Numbered from the stretch's first letter, positions 40,628-53,150 are shown. The stretch is 64,000 nucleotides of DNA from Heteronotia binoei (GCF_032191835.1 NC_083240.1:40920001-40984000), one strand, 5' to 3'. Numbers and translations: made by a program. Notes: a model not told the origin generated them from the letters alone.

Positions 40628-40744
40628 CATTTAGAATTAAAGCAGTAAAATAAGCTTAAGTACTGCCTAGATTTTAGTTTTTTCCAAAGTCTCCTGGAAA
40701 TTTCACATCTGTGGGCCCTGTCCGAGGACTTGTCAGCACTAAAA

Positions 40745-40955
40745 TGAACACATGAAGCTGCCTTATACTGAATCGGACCCTGGGTCCATCAAAGTCAGTA
40801 TTGTCTACTCAGACTGGCAGCGGCTCTCCAGGGTCTCAAGCTGAGGTTTTTCATGCCTACTTGCCTGGACCCTTTTTAGTTGGAGATGCCGGGGATTGAA
40901 CCTGGGAACTTCTGCTTACCAAGCAGATGCTCTACCCCCTGAGCTACCGTCCCTC
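40745..40955 (-). mobile_element. Squam2-like tRNA SINE
   Basis: Match to 24063-24270. Confidence 0.85.
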
Positions 40956-41065
40956 CTCTTCTCTGCCCTTCGCTGCTCAAACTGTATTTCAGCATCCCTG
41001 CTTTCATGTTAAGAGTGTTAACGCCTGGATACTTACGGCTGGCATTAAAAGAGTCAATGCCTTAC

Positions 41066-41219
41066 CTTGGCCTTAAATGACATTATTAAACAAGGTAACA
41101 AGAGAATGATGCATTTGAAACTCATGAAGAGGAACTTCAGGACAAAGTCTGTGATTCCCACGATCCAAAGCACCTCCCAGAAATCCATGAAATCCATATG
41201 TGGAGTCAGAAAAATCAAG
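41066..41219 (-). CDS. RNFT1: RNFT1 exon 5 (LIFLTPHMDFMDFWEVLWIVGITDFVLKFLFMSFKCIILLLPCLIMSFKAK)
   Basis: ttaaag| and |gtaagg; 154 nt. Confidence 0.96.
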
Positions 41220-41808
41220 CTTTAAAGAAGAAAAAAAGGCACCAGAAGTTAAGAGGAAGGAATTGGTTTGTTAACTATTAGAGAACTGCTTGAACTAAAA
41301 GCACATTTTCATTTTAAGCAGAGTGCAAACAGCGTTTTTGATTTTTTTTGTAAACTTTTTTTTTGTTCAAATAGCTTTATTACTGCTAATAAAAATATAC
41401 GTAAAAGACAAGATTGCAAACCGAATAATAAATGCAACAATAACAACAACAATAACAATAATAAAATAATAAATGTGACGAAGTGTAACTAAGTTTTTCT
41501 GTTTCTATTTTAGGCAAGTAAACATAACACAATGATCCATAGCATAAGTCATAAGGAAAATAGACTTAGATTGGATTTTCCCCTTTCAAATTGTTTGTTT
41601 TTTTTTCTCAAAAAAATAACAAAGTTTTATAGCACTTGTTTGCTGGTAGTACACCTTGTTGAAAGAGATAATTTGTGATTGGATACCATATTTTGATAAA
41701 AATGTCTTGTTGCTTTGTTGACTGGGTCATATAAGGATTTTCAGCTATCTTTCATGATTTATTAGGACCTCTGCTACATTCTCAACGTGGTATCCTATTT
41801 TCTGTACA

Positions 41809-42002
41809 GAACAATGTTTGAGTCCACTGGCCTCTTTAAACCAACAAAGTTTAATTCTGGGTATCAGCTTTTGTGTTATCGGATGAAGTGTGCATGCAAT
41901 ATACACAAAACCTTATACCCTGAATTAAACTTTGTTGGTCTTAAAGGTGCCACTGGACTCAAACTTGGTTCTGTTGCTTCAGACCAACACACCTGGATCT
42001 GC
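41809..42002. mobile_element. PLE-derived fold-back element
   Basis: Inverted arms; 10-bp TSD tttctgtaca (41799-808, 42003-12). Confidence 0.78.
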
Positions 42003-42313
42003 TTTCTGTACATTTACTCATTTGTCATCTTGATGTCCAGCGGGATTGCTAGATGCTTGCAGTGGTTCCCACAACCCCTCTCCCATAAGGGGTTCCCCCA
42101 CTAAGATTGCCATTAACCTTAACACTCTTTACAGAACTCTCAAGTAAACGAATGGCTTTGTCAGTTAGCACTTCAGCATTTCACCACCCCATGCATTTCA
42201 AGGAAACTGTTAAGAGGGAAATAGATTTTGCAAAGAATGGCGGACTGCTGTCAAAAATGGCAGCTCTGTGTTGAGTTCCCTTCTATCCAACAACTCATTC
42301 AAACTGCCTAGAT

Positions 42314-42748
42314 CATAGAATCAGAGAGTTGGAATGGACCTCTAGGGTCATCTAGTTCAACCCCCTGCACAATGCAGGAAACTCCCAAACACCTCCCCCT
42401 AAATTCACAGGATCCTCATTGCTGTCAGTTGGCCATCTAGCCTCTATTTAAAAACCTCCAAGGAAGGAGAGCCCACTACCTCCTGAGGAAGCCTATTCCA
42501 TTGAGGAATCGCTCTAACGGTCAGGAAGTTCTTCCTAGTGTTGAGCCGGAAACTCTTTTGATTTAATTTCAACCCATTGGGTTTGGTCCTATCTTCCGGG
42601 GCCATAGAAAACAATTTCACACCATCCTCTAGATGACAGCCCTTCAAGTCCTTGAAGATGGTGATCATATCACCTCACAGCTACCTCCTCTCCAGGCTAA
42701 ACATCCCCAGCTCCTTCAACCTTTCCTCATAGGACTTGGTCTCCAGAT
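42314..42748 (-). mobile_element. CR1 LINE 3' fragment
   Basis: ORF 42444-42668 ...RLNTRKNFLTVRAIPQWNRLPQEVVGSPSLEVFK. Confidence 0.92.
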
Positions 42749-43491
42749 GGTCTTTAGATGCTGACATGAACAAGAGTCCAGTAACCCCTTAAAGACTAAC
42801 AAAACTTATGGCATGGTAGGAGCATTTGAGAGTCGCACAGTGACTATCCTGCCATGTATTTTAGTCTTTAAGGTGCTACTGGAGTCTTGCTGTTTTCTGC
42901 TGCCACATACAAACTAACACAGCTACCCCTCTTGCTCTATAGACACTTACATAATTATGATGCCCATTTCCTCACCATTAGCAGCCACTGATGTGGACTG
43001 GGAGCAGGGGGGCTGCGTGTTGAAATGAGGTCAGAACACAGGGCAAACTGAGCTATACAAAAGAGGGGGGCACAAGTTGGGGGAATACATACTGAACACA
43101 AGGCTGCCATTTTGAGAGGCAGTCCACTGAAAGCTGCTGTTGTGATATTTGCTAGGGAGACAGTAAGAGACCTGTTGCAAAGACTTAATAACGGGGGGGA
43201 GGGGAGGCAAGGCAAACCCAAAGAAGGTTTTTGCAGTCAGAGCAATCTTTTTAAAATATGTTGGGACTACAAAGAGTAGGGAAGCACCTGCAATATAATC
43301 ATGACCTGTACTGTTCTAATTTCCACCCAAGAGTTTCCTAGAGGAACTAAAAACAATATGTGAAAACCAATCATAGTTTGATTTTCACAAGCTCTTACAA
43401 AAGTAGTTTTCCACATAGTCTTCCAAGGACTGAAGACATGCTTAATGTTTTAAAGCAAAAATATATATATATTTTACATTTTAACCAATAT

Positions 43492-43765
43492 AAGAAGACT
43501 GTAGATTTATACCCCGCTCTTCTCTCTGAATCAGAGACTCAGAGCGGCTTACAATCTCCTATATCTTCTCCCCCCACAACAGACACCCTGTGAGGTGGGT
43601 GGGGCTGAGAGGGCTCTCACAGCAGCTGCCCTTTCAAGGACAACTCCTGGGAGAGCTCTGGCTAACCCAAGGCCACTCCAGCAGGTGCAAGTGGAGGAGT
43701 GGGGAATCAAACCCGGTTCTCCCAGATAAGAGTCCGCGCACTTAACCACTACACCAAACTGGCTC
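43492..43765 (-). mobile_element. Squam3-like tRNA SINE
   Basis: Match to sibling copies. Confidence 0.88.
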
Positions 43766-44347
43766 CAAAGATCAGCTGGTTTAGAACAAGGATCAATACT
43801 TAATTAGAAATTTATATCCCACTTTCCTCCTCAATGGGGACCAAAGCAACTTACATCATCTCACCACCACCACCACCCACCCTTTCCATTTATCTTAACC
43901 AATACCCTGTGATATAGGTCAGGCTGAAAGAGAGACTGGCACATTTAAGTGAGTGTCAGTGGTAGAGTCAAGCCTGATCCTAACCAGACACTCCACCACT
44001 ATACCCTAGCACCTCAATCTAGGCTAGCATCCTGTTCCCAACAGTGGCTTTTCAATGCTGAGGGGTAAACTTTTCAAAGTAACAGATCTTTCTCTTTATT
44101 TAGCTTCCCCAACACCTGGGACATCTAGCCTTTGATCTCACAGCTTCCGTTTATCTACCGTGGCTAATAGCTGTTGATAAATCTACCATCCGTGAATGTG
44201 TCCAGTTGCCTTTTAAACCCATCTAGGTTAGAGGTCATCATCACATCTTGCAGTTGCAAGTTGCAGAATGTGATTTGGGCAGTACAGAAAGATTTCATTT
44301 ATTCGTCTCTCCTGAATCCTAGCCCACTGTGGACCATATCACTGTAA

Positions 44348-44635
44348 AAAAAGGTAAAGGTAGTCCCCTGTGCAAGCACCAGTCGTTTCCAACTCTGGGG
44401 TGACGTCGCATCTTGACGTTTTCACGGGGTGGTTTGCCATTGCCTTCCCCAGTCATCTACACTTTCCCCCCCAGCAAGCTGGATACTCATTTTACCAACC
44501 TCGGAAGGATGGAAGGCTGAGTCAACCTTGAGCCGGCTACCTGAGCCCAGTTGCCGCCAGGATCGAACTCAGGTCATGAGCAGAGCTTAGGATTGCAGTA
44601 CTGCAGATTTACCACTCTGCACCACGGGGCTGGTG
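44348..44635 (-). mobile_element. Sauria SINE (Squam1)
   Basis: (aaaggt)2 tail on +; 11-bp TSD tatcactgtaa. Confidence 0.92.
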
Positions 44636-44993
44636 TATCACTGTAAGGGAGGGGAGAAAAGTTCTCTGCTTACTGGATTGGACCGTTCCAGCCTTTCTGC
44701 GGGCATAAGAGTTAGGAGCGGCCCCTTTTGACCACCAAAAAGAAAATGTCACAGGGTGCACACAGACAAAAGCATTGCCTGATGAGGAACTGAGCAAGAT
44801 CAAGCAGAAAAACTGTAAAGGTCCAACCTGCTTTCTCCACACTAGGCATAATTTTATAATTGTCACATGGCACTCTTTAGTAGGCTCTCTCCCTTCTAAC
44901 CAGCACCCTAAAGTGTTTTGTTTTGAAGGGACACAGTGAGAAGAAAAGTAACGATGAACAACTCACACTGTGGATAAACCTGGTTTGAATTAC

Positions 44994-45094
44994 CTGTAGT
45001 GAAGCAAGGTGTCGTAGAAGGTGTAATACAGAAGGACAGATGATCCTGTTAGGAACAAGAATAACCCAGCACAGTGTAGTCTGGAACACCTTTC
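44994..45094 (-). CDS. RNFT1: RNFT1 exon 4 (ERCSRLHCAGLFLFLTGSSVLLYYTFYDTLLHY-S)
   Basis: ttgcag| and |gtaatt; 101 nt. Confidence 0.96.
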
Positions 45095-46031
45095 CTGCAA
45101 GGTAGGAGATTTAAAAGGTGTTAGTTAACAGCCTACAAAGACAAGACCCCAGATTACTGCTGTGCAGTTCATTCTCCAAAACTGAGTCACTTACAATTCA
45201 GCAGTTGTCAAAGGCTTTAGGACATTCTCTACTCATTCCACAAAATTAGTCAGACTGTGAAGTGGGGTTTTAAAAAATTCTTTAACTTATCTGCCGTAAC
45301 GCGATGAAATTTGCATAAAGGAATTTCAGAAATCAAAAGAGGGCTGCTTCTCTTTGCATATTCCATGTGGGGCAGTGTTGCTTTTCCCGACAGGGCCTCC
45401 TGGGAGGTATCCCCTTTGTCCGCGGCACATTCTTTCTCCATGTCTGTCCTCCACATGTCCAGCACCTCCCAGAAGAGAACGTGGGTGATCCTGTCCCTCC
45501 TGGTTATAAGATAAAATTACTCTGAGGAACTTTGGCGGCAGCCGGAGCTGGGGCAAAAGGGGAAATTCCCTGCTAGTAAAGACAGTAGGCATTTTTGATC
45601 TTTTTTAAAAAAAATCTGTTATTTTAATGTTTTGATTTTCTTTTATATATATATATATTGTTGCCCACCTTCTTGGGTCCTGAAATGCTTGGGAGAAAAG
45701 GTAGACATATACATGTTTTAAATAAAGTTGTTTATTACCCTCCGCTCAAATAGTCTTGACTGCAAACACTTTTTAATCTAATGGGCGACTGGTCCTCTGA
45801 TACAGTCGCATCTGGCCCAAACGACGACCTTAAGAAAACTGTAATACAGGCAAGTTCTGTACTTCAATATCCACTTCTCTCCTAGATTTTGTAAATGATG
45901 TGGAAATAGACTTAATGGTGGGTAAATGCTTTCCACAAACACTGTGTGACAGAATGTTGGACTGGATGGGCCGTTGGCCTGATCTAACATGGCTTCTCTT
46001 ATGTTCTTCTATCTGTAACCATGAAACCCAT

Positions 46032-46243
46032 CCTTCTATTTGTGTGCTGTCAAATCACAGCCAGCTTATGGCAACCCCAATGGGAGGCTTTCAAGACAAG
46101 TGAGAAGAAGACAAGTGAGAAGCAGAGATGGTTGTTCCATGGCCTTTTTCTGCAGAGCCTTCTTTGATGGTCTCTCGTCCAAGTTCCAACCCTGCTTAGC
46201 TTCCAAGATCTGATGAGATCAGACTATACCATGCTGCCTTCCC
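46032..46243 (-). mobile_element. 5S rRNA-derived SINE
   Basis: - strand ctgatctcatcagatcttggaagctaagcagggt...acttggacgagagacc resembles the 5S internal control region. Confidence 0.72.
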
Positions 46244-46299
46244 ATTCTTTTATTTAGCCCCAACCTTATTACACAACTGACCCCGCCCCCCCCCCCCCC

Positions 46300-47545
46300 C
46301 CCAAAAGCCTGGGACCTCTGCCTGAAGAACAGGGAACATTCACCCCTTTCATCTGCGACCTCGCACCCAGCACAATTGTTTATTATAATTCGGTCACTAA
46401 CAACTCTATCACAGGGTAAACAAAATATTAGAGAATTGGAAATAGGCTGTGAGGCTTTTGCGAGTTTTTTCGCAGATAAGGTCTCGTCGCTCCGACGCGA
46501 CCTTCCCGCCATAGTTGATACAGTAAAAGGACTTGGGGCACCGAGCACGTCTTCTGGTCCAATTTTGGATTCTTTCAGCCCACTCAGCCTGGAGGAAGTT
46601 GACAGGATCCTTTTGGCTGTACGCCCTATGACCTGTGGGTTGGACCCGTGCCCGTCCTGGCTTATAAAAGCTAGCCAGACGTGGCTACGTGACCCACTTG
46701 TCAACAGATCCCTGGTAGAAGGGATCTTTCCCACACCTCTTAAAGAGGCAGTGGTCCGTCCCCTCTTAAAAAAACCATCTGCAGATCCGGCCATATTGGC
46801 AAATTATCAGCCGGTATCAAACCTTCCCTTTTTGGGTAAGGTTATAGAGCGGGCGGTGGCAACTCAGCTACAGGGATTCCTGGAGGACACTTCTGCACTG
46901 GATCCATTCCAGTCCAGCTTTCGACCAGGTCACGGGACGGAGACGGTTCTGGTCGCTCTCATAGATGACCTCATGCGACATCTGGATTGGAGCGGCTCAG
47001 CGGTGCTGTTGTTATTAGATCTGTCAGCTGCTTTTGATACGGTTGACCATCAGCTGCTGACTAGCCGCCTTGCCGATGTGGGGATTCAGGGGTCCGCCTT
47101 ACAGTGGTTGACCTCCTTTCTCCAAGATCGGGGACAAAGGGTGGTGATAGGGGAGGAAGCATCCCTGAGGCACGCTCTCAGTTATGGGGTGCCACAGGGA
47201 GCAGTCCTATCCCCGATGCTATTTAATATCTATATGCGCCTCCTTGCCCAGATTGTCAGGAGGTATGGACTGGGTTGTCATCAATATGCAGATGACACCC
47301 AGCTCTATCTATTGATGGGCGGCCAGTCCGAATGTACCCCGGAAAATCTAGACCTGGCCCTTCAGAACCGCTATACTGTACTGTATTAATACAGCACCAT
47401 GAAATGTTTTAAATAATTTCAATATGTGATTATGTTTTATATGTTTTATTGGTTTTTAATGGAAGTAATGTGATGTTGTGAGCTGCCCTGAGTCCACTTG
47501 CAGAGAGGGCGGGATATAAGCTTAACGTAATAAATAAATAAATAA

Positions 47546-47576
<31 letters not shown>

Positions 47577-47580
47577 ATTC
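46300..47580 (+). mobile_element. 5'-truncated, internally deleted L2-clade LINE with a 337-codon RT ORF (46376-47389)
   Basis: RT motifs AAFDTVDH, GVPQGAVLSPMLFNIYM, YADDTQLY; (TAAA)n tail at 47529-47575. Confidence 0.9.
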
Positions 47581-47825
47581 AGCCAAACTTGATCTAAATT
47601 ACAAACTAAAATAATCAAATTTTATGTTTAATTCATAGTTAATTCTGATGTTCCCAACTCTCCTTAATGCTTATTATTTAAAATATTTACATCCTGCTGT
47701 ATCTCCTTAGATTCAAGGCAACTAGTGAACTTCAGAGGCACAAAAACAACACCATAGTCCCTTAACAAGATAAAACAACACAGGTTAAAGCTTCCCAAAA
47801 CAATTTTATGGGCCACTTGCGCATA

Positions 47826-48085
47826 TGAAGAAGAAGAAGATGATATTGGATTTTATATCCCGCCCTCCACTCCGAAGAGTCTCAGAGCGGCTCACAATCT
47901 CCTTTGCCTTCCTCCCCCACAACAGACACCCTGTGAGGTGGGTGGGGCTGGAGAGGGCTCTCACAGCAGCTGCCCTTTCAAGGACAACCTCTGCCAGAGC
48001 TCTGGCTGACCCAAGACCATCCCAGCAGCTGCAAGGGGAGGAGTGGGGAATCAAACCCGGTTCTCCCAGATAAGAGTCCGCACAC
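47826..48085 (-). mobile_element. Squam3-like tRNA SINE
   Basis: Match to sibling copies. Confidence 0.88.
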
Positions 48086-48295
48086 ATAATTTAGATGCTT
48101 TCCATGAGGTTGTGGGTCTTAAAACAATCAAAACGATGGCAATGAAATTAAAATTGTAGCAAAATTAAGTCATAAGTAACATATAAAAGGCAGAAAGGGA
48201 AAAGATGAAATCAGCTGTTTTTTTAAAAAAATTAAACAATCTAAATTAAACGGGGGGGGGGGAGGGTCTTGAAGGTTCAACCAAACGGAAGATGG

Positions 48296-48646
48296 GTCTG
48301 GGTGGGCAACCTTGCTGGCCTGAAGCAGTAGACCAAATTTTGAGTCCAGTGGCACCTTTAAGACCAACAAAAGTTTATTCAAGGTATGAACTTTCCTGTG
48401 CAATGCACACTTGCATCTGAAGAAGTGTGTGTGCACACAAAAACTCATGCCTTGAGTAAACTTTTGTTGATCTTTACAGATTGTTTTAAGGTTTTAACTG
48501 TTTAAATATTTAACTGTTTTATATTTGAAATTGTTTAAATTTTATGTTTGATTGATTGTTGTAAGCCGCCCTGAGCCATTCGTGGGAAGGGTGGGATATA
48601 AATCTCGAATAAATAAATAAAATTCCACTGGACTCAAAATCGGTTC
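48296..48646. mobile_element. PLE-derived fold-back element with an L2 tail inserted at ~48480-48620
   Basis: Inverted arms; flanking direct repeat aaac(g/t)gaagatgg. Confidence 0.72.
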
Positions 48647-49064
48647 AAACTGAAGATGGTCACACATCTCAGTACTACAGGGGGGAAATGCAACCAAAAG
48701 GATTAAGGGATTGGAGCATCTTGCCTACAAGAGAAGGCAGGGGGAGGGGCTCATCCCCTAGCAGACCCAGGAAAAGATCACAAGACAGACCTGCTTTATT
48801 TCATAAGACTTATCTTTGCGCTGCCTAACGAATGGCTTCATATATGGTGCCCTTCCTAGTCCATGTTTGGTTTCTAGGACACCACAACAGTTGGCAACAT
48901 GCCAAGGGAAGGGACAGCTCTCACTGTAGAGCACATTAGTGATCTCTGGGCTGCAGTTAGCTCGTAGCTGTCCAGTTCAGGAAAAAAAGACAACTAAGGG
49001 AAGATGTGATAGAAATGTATACAATTAAGGACAGTGTGGGCAGAATATCTGCCTTTTCTCTCTT

Positions 49065-49273
49065 TGATCATAGCTCCAGAGGAATTAGCCATGTTACTCC
49101 ATTGCTGCGAAACAGTAGCACCTTTAAGACTAATAAATTTTGCTGTAGCATAAGCTTTTGAGAAACACAGCTCTCTTTGTCAGATGCATCTGATGAAGAG
49201 GGCTGTGTTTCTCGAAAGCTTATGCTACAATAAAATTTGTTAGTCTTAAAGGTGCTACTGGACACTTTACTAT
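49065..49273. mobile_element. PLE-derived fold-back element
   Basis: 148-bp palindrome 49113-49260 centred on cagatgcatctg; 11-bp TSD ttttctctctt. Confidence 0.82.
49186..49225 (+). ncRNA. Minimal hammerhead motif
   Basis: gcat CTGATGA a gag-ggctgtgttt-ctc GAAAGCTT atgc. Confidence 0.7.
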
Positions 49274-49587
49274 TTTTCTCTCTTCTCTTCGTGGGCTTAA
49301 AGCAACCAAGGCAGGGCAGTCAGATTCGAGTCCATCCGCACCCTAGGGACCAACAGAATTTTAGGGGGTGTCGGCTTTCAAAGAGTCAAAGCTCCCTTTG
49401 CCAGATGCAAGAATAGGGAGGACGGTGGATTTTCACATGTGAAGAAATGGAAGAAGAGAAATAATTACACCTACTCCCCCCCCCCCGACAACATGAATAG
49501 TTTGGCCTTCATCTGCGAGAACACCAAGAGTTTATCAGCCTCATCAAAAAAGTAGAAGGTCTTAAAGGTGAAACTTGATTCCTGCTT

Positions 49588-50119
49588 CCAACAAAGTTTT
49601 TTTCAGAATGTAAGCTTCCATATGAATGCATACTTCTTCAGACAAGGGGATAGGGTACAGTGGGCTGAAATACATGTAGTTGGTGGGTTAAGAGTGTAAA
49701 CTGATACAAAGGATCAAATGAAAAAACAGTGTAATAAATTGGAAGACCATTTAGTCTGGATAGCAATAAAAGTTGCCTGTTAATTGCTGTTGCTGAAAAT
49801 CTAGGTAAAACAAAAGGGCATGTATTTCCTAGTTCTTAGGACTAGTTCTTAGGTGGACAAGAACTAGGAAATACATGCCCTTTTGTTTTACCTAGACTTT
49901 TAGCAACAGCAAAGAACAGGCAAGTTCTATTACCTTTTTTTGCTATCCAGACCAAATGGTCTTCCAATTTATTACACTATTTTGCCATTTGATCCTTTGT
50001 ATCAGTTTACACTCTTAACCCACCAACTACATGTATTTCAGCCCACTGTTCCCTATCCCCTAAGTCTGAAGAAGTATGCAGGCATACGAAAGCTTACATT
50101 CTGAATGAAAGTTTGTTGG
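49588..50119. repeat. ~530-bp imperfect palindrome of PLE origin
   Basis: Arms 49588-49837 and 49859-50119, 21-nt loop; hammerhead core at 50064-50097. Confidence 0.92.
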
Positions 50120-50607
50120 TCTTAAAGGTGCTACTGGACTCCCACTTTGTTCTACTGCCTCAGACCAACACGGCAGCCCACTTAGATCTATCATCTGAAA
50201 AGCGTTACTGGCACAAAAATGTAAAGCACACTCTTTGCCGTCACTCCAAGCTGACTGGCGCAGATGTCTCCCTCCAGCAGCTTTGTGCTGACAAAGTGGA
50301 ACCTGGCTTGCAAATCTGTGGGTAAACGTGAGTTTTCAATAACAGGAGTTTGTATTTAATTTCACACATTTTCAAACTGTTTCTCTATGAAGCCTCCAGT
50401 TAGTATATCAAAAGTCAACATTTTTTGTTTGGGCAAAGATGCATTCAAGTTGGGGGAGGGGGAAAGAAGAGAATCCCTATTGTTTGCTTTTTTTGAAGAA
50501 AATTAACCCAGGGCTCCCCTTTCCTCTCAAGACTTAATCACTTTTGTGGATGAAATAAAACTTAAAAAAAAAATACTTATTACCTCTTTGGAGAGGTCAA
50601 TACTTAC

Positions 50608-50684
50608 TCTTAGGAAAACCTGATTTACAATGCTTTTGTTTGCATACATAAAAGTTGTTAGCAGCCCAATTCCCAGAGAAATGC
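50608..50684 (-). CDS. RNFT1: RNFT1 exon 3 (GISLGIGLLTTFMYANKSIVNQVFLR)
   Basis: taatag| and |gtaagt; 77 nt. Confidence 0.97.
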
Positions 50685-51790
50685 CTATTAGGAAAAAAGG
50701 GTCAATTACAAAGCAAAAAGAAACAGAAAAACAAATAATAAAAGCATGCATCAAACTGAATTATTTAAAAATGCGGCAAAATCAAAATTAAACGGGCAAT
50801 AATACATGCAATACTACTCATAGGGGTGTATTGTAATTATTTAGACAGAGAAACAAAAATGACAAGCCATGATGTGCGCAGGGAGTAGAAGTGTGCTGCA
50901 TGACTTGGCCTGCACTCTATCCCTCATTACTGAGAATTCCAATTTACATTTAAAGAATAAAGACCATGTTTCTAGACCTCACTGTTCAAGAAAGATTTCA
51001 AACATGTGCAAGTACTGGGTGCTGAGATTTGAGGGATCCTAGGGAAGCAGTCTTAAGCACACATTCCTGGGAGTAAGTTCCGCTGACCAAAATGGGAGTT
51101 ACTTCTGAGTAGATTTCCTTAAGAATGCAACCATCATACATAGCTCTCTGCCCCTCTGGGGAATTCAGTCTTTCTTTCCTTGCCCTTTTAAAAAAATTAT
51201 TACTGCTCACCAATATTCCACCTCATTTCCTGTTAACACTACTGTACAATCAAAGGTGGAATTCTAGCAAAAGCTCCTTTGCATATTAGGCCACACATCC
51301 CTGATGTAGCTAATTCACCAAGAGCTTACAAAAAAGAGCCTTGAAAACTCTTGGAGGATTGGTCACATTGGAAGGTGTGGCCTTATATGCAAAGGAGCTA
51401 CTGCTAGAATTCCACCCCTGTGTGCAATGAAGATGGGGCAGGTGACAAAGCTTACAGCCATTTGTCTTCACCACCTGTGGTGAATTCTGCTTTTCAGGTT
51501 ACATGGCTTTGGTCTGCCGTAAATGGGGGAGGGGGGCCTCTTTACAGACCAACAAAAGAATGAAAAGGTGGGCAGAAAATCAAATTAAATATGTTAGCAT
51601 TTCCTCAGTAGAGGAATTAAATGAAAACAGAGTGAAAAGAAAATAAATTTTACTTTCTTAGGTGAAGGTAATTGAGAATCAACAAGATGCTTTTGCAAAC
51701 AGTCATTTCAAATCTCTTGAGAAGCCCCGGTTCTTTTCTCTGCTGAGTTCTGGATCTCACAGCTCAAAAACAGAAGATGGAAACCAGAGC

Positions 51791-51974
51791 CAGTGTTCCT
51801 TCTAAGCTGAGTTAGTGTGAGCTAGCTTACACATTTTTGTCTTAGCTCAGGAAGGATGGCCCCAGAGCAAGCAAATTTATACAGTAGCCAAATTGCTCAC
51901 TCACAACTTTAATGCCAGTAGCTCACAAAGTAGAATTTTTGCTCACAAGACTCCATAGCTTAGAGGAAGCATTG
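51791..51974. mobile_element. hAT MITE family 1
   Basis: Same TIRs as 2006-2199; TSD 6/8 match. Confidence 0.82.
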
Positions 51975-52613
51975 ATCAGAGGATAGTTATAAGGATCCAG
52001 CTAAATCCTATGAAGAAACTTATTTGTTAAGCTCAGGAAAAAGGATTAAGGAGGCATATGTTTTTGAGCTTCACTGTCGAAACTATGTTTGAAAAAGAGG
52101 GGGACATATTTTGTCCCTCCCATCAAAGACAGGAAGCACCATTTTTAAACTGGGCTGCATATATGGCACAATTCCCCCAAAATATGTAGGTACTGTATTC
52201 AAAATTAAACTTTTTGAAAATTTCAGCTTCTTTTCAAAAAAGCACATTTCTAGCCTTCATGATCACAAAGGTAAATTTGAAAGTGAACGCCTGTGGTAAT
52301 CGCAGACGCCTGAGGGAGGCTCAGTAAAATTACCAGTAGAGAGAGACGGGAGATGGCGCTGCCATCAGTTCACACAACACCTTCCAGTCCCCAAGATAAA
52401 AGAATCCAAATCACACAAAATAGGGTTTTTAAAAAAAATAAAATAAAATGCAAACTATACATTGCTAATCTGCTCTATATAGAGCCCAGAACTGTTTCTT
52501 ATTCCTTGGCCTAGGGTGAAAGAGTTGAAGTCAGTTTGACCTGTTGCTTCCCTTTCAACTTTGATTTTAATATCAACCTATTTTCCAAAGCACCACGATT
52601 TCTTATACTGTAC

Positions 52614-53035
52614 CAATGACATGCTGCAAGAGAAGTTTGACAGACAGGAGCAAGATGTACGGGAGACTCTTGTGTAGCCACTGGAGAACATATCTGAGGT
52701 CTGAAAGAGAGCTGCCGCTTTGTTCCTCCGAATCCCCGCTGCCCTCTTCCGGCCCCCTTGCTTCGCTATGAGAGTGAGGGTGGGAGCGACTATGGGTCGC
52801 TGAGTGCGAATGCTGCCTGGAGCCAGGATTTTCTCCAGCCTCCATTGTAGCAGAGTTCAGCTGGATGTGAACATCCCCTCCACGCTGGCACGATCCTTCT
52901 CCGGGGAGTCTTGCTGCATGACCACACGAGGGGGCATCGTTGTTTCCTGGGGCACTGTGGCGACTATTGTGGGCTTGCATGGTGGCAGGTGGATTGTGGG
53001 TCACTCCAAATGCCTGGGTTTTGGCATGATGTTTT
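52614..53035 (-). CDS. RNFT1: RNFT1 exon 2 (KHHAKTQAFGVTHNPPATMQAHNSR...LPGEGSCQRGGDVHIQLNS...LRYVLQWLHKSLPYILLLSVKLLLQHVI-G)
   Basis: ttttag| and |gtacag; 422 nt open frame; contains internal MQA start homologous to the mammalian protein. Confidence 0.92.
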
Positions 53036-53150
53036 CTAAAAGAACAAAGAGATAGGTTTAAAAGACATAGCTCTGCAGTCAGCGTGTGAGCTTTCTCTCT
53101 TAATGCTTTGTGAGTGTAATGGGGGCCTTTTCCACATTCTCATTTTAGAA

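Noticed and set aside
46169-46222. 5S rRNA gene
   Set aside because: Only a ~55-nt diverged portion with a deletion, embedded in a repeated SINE.
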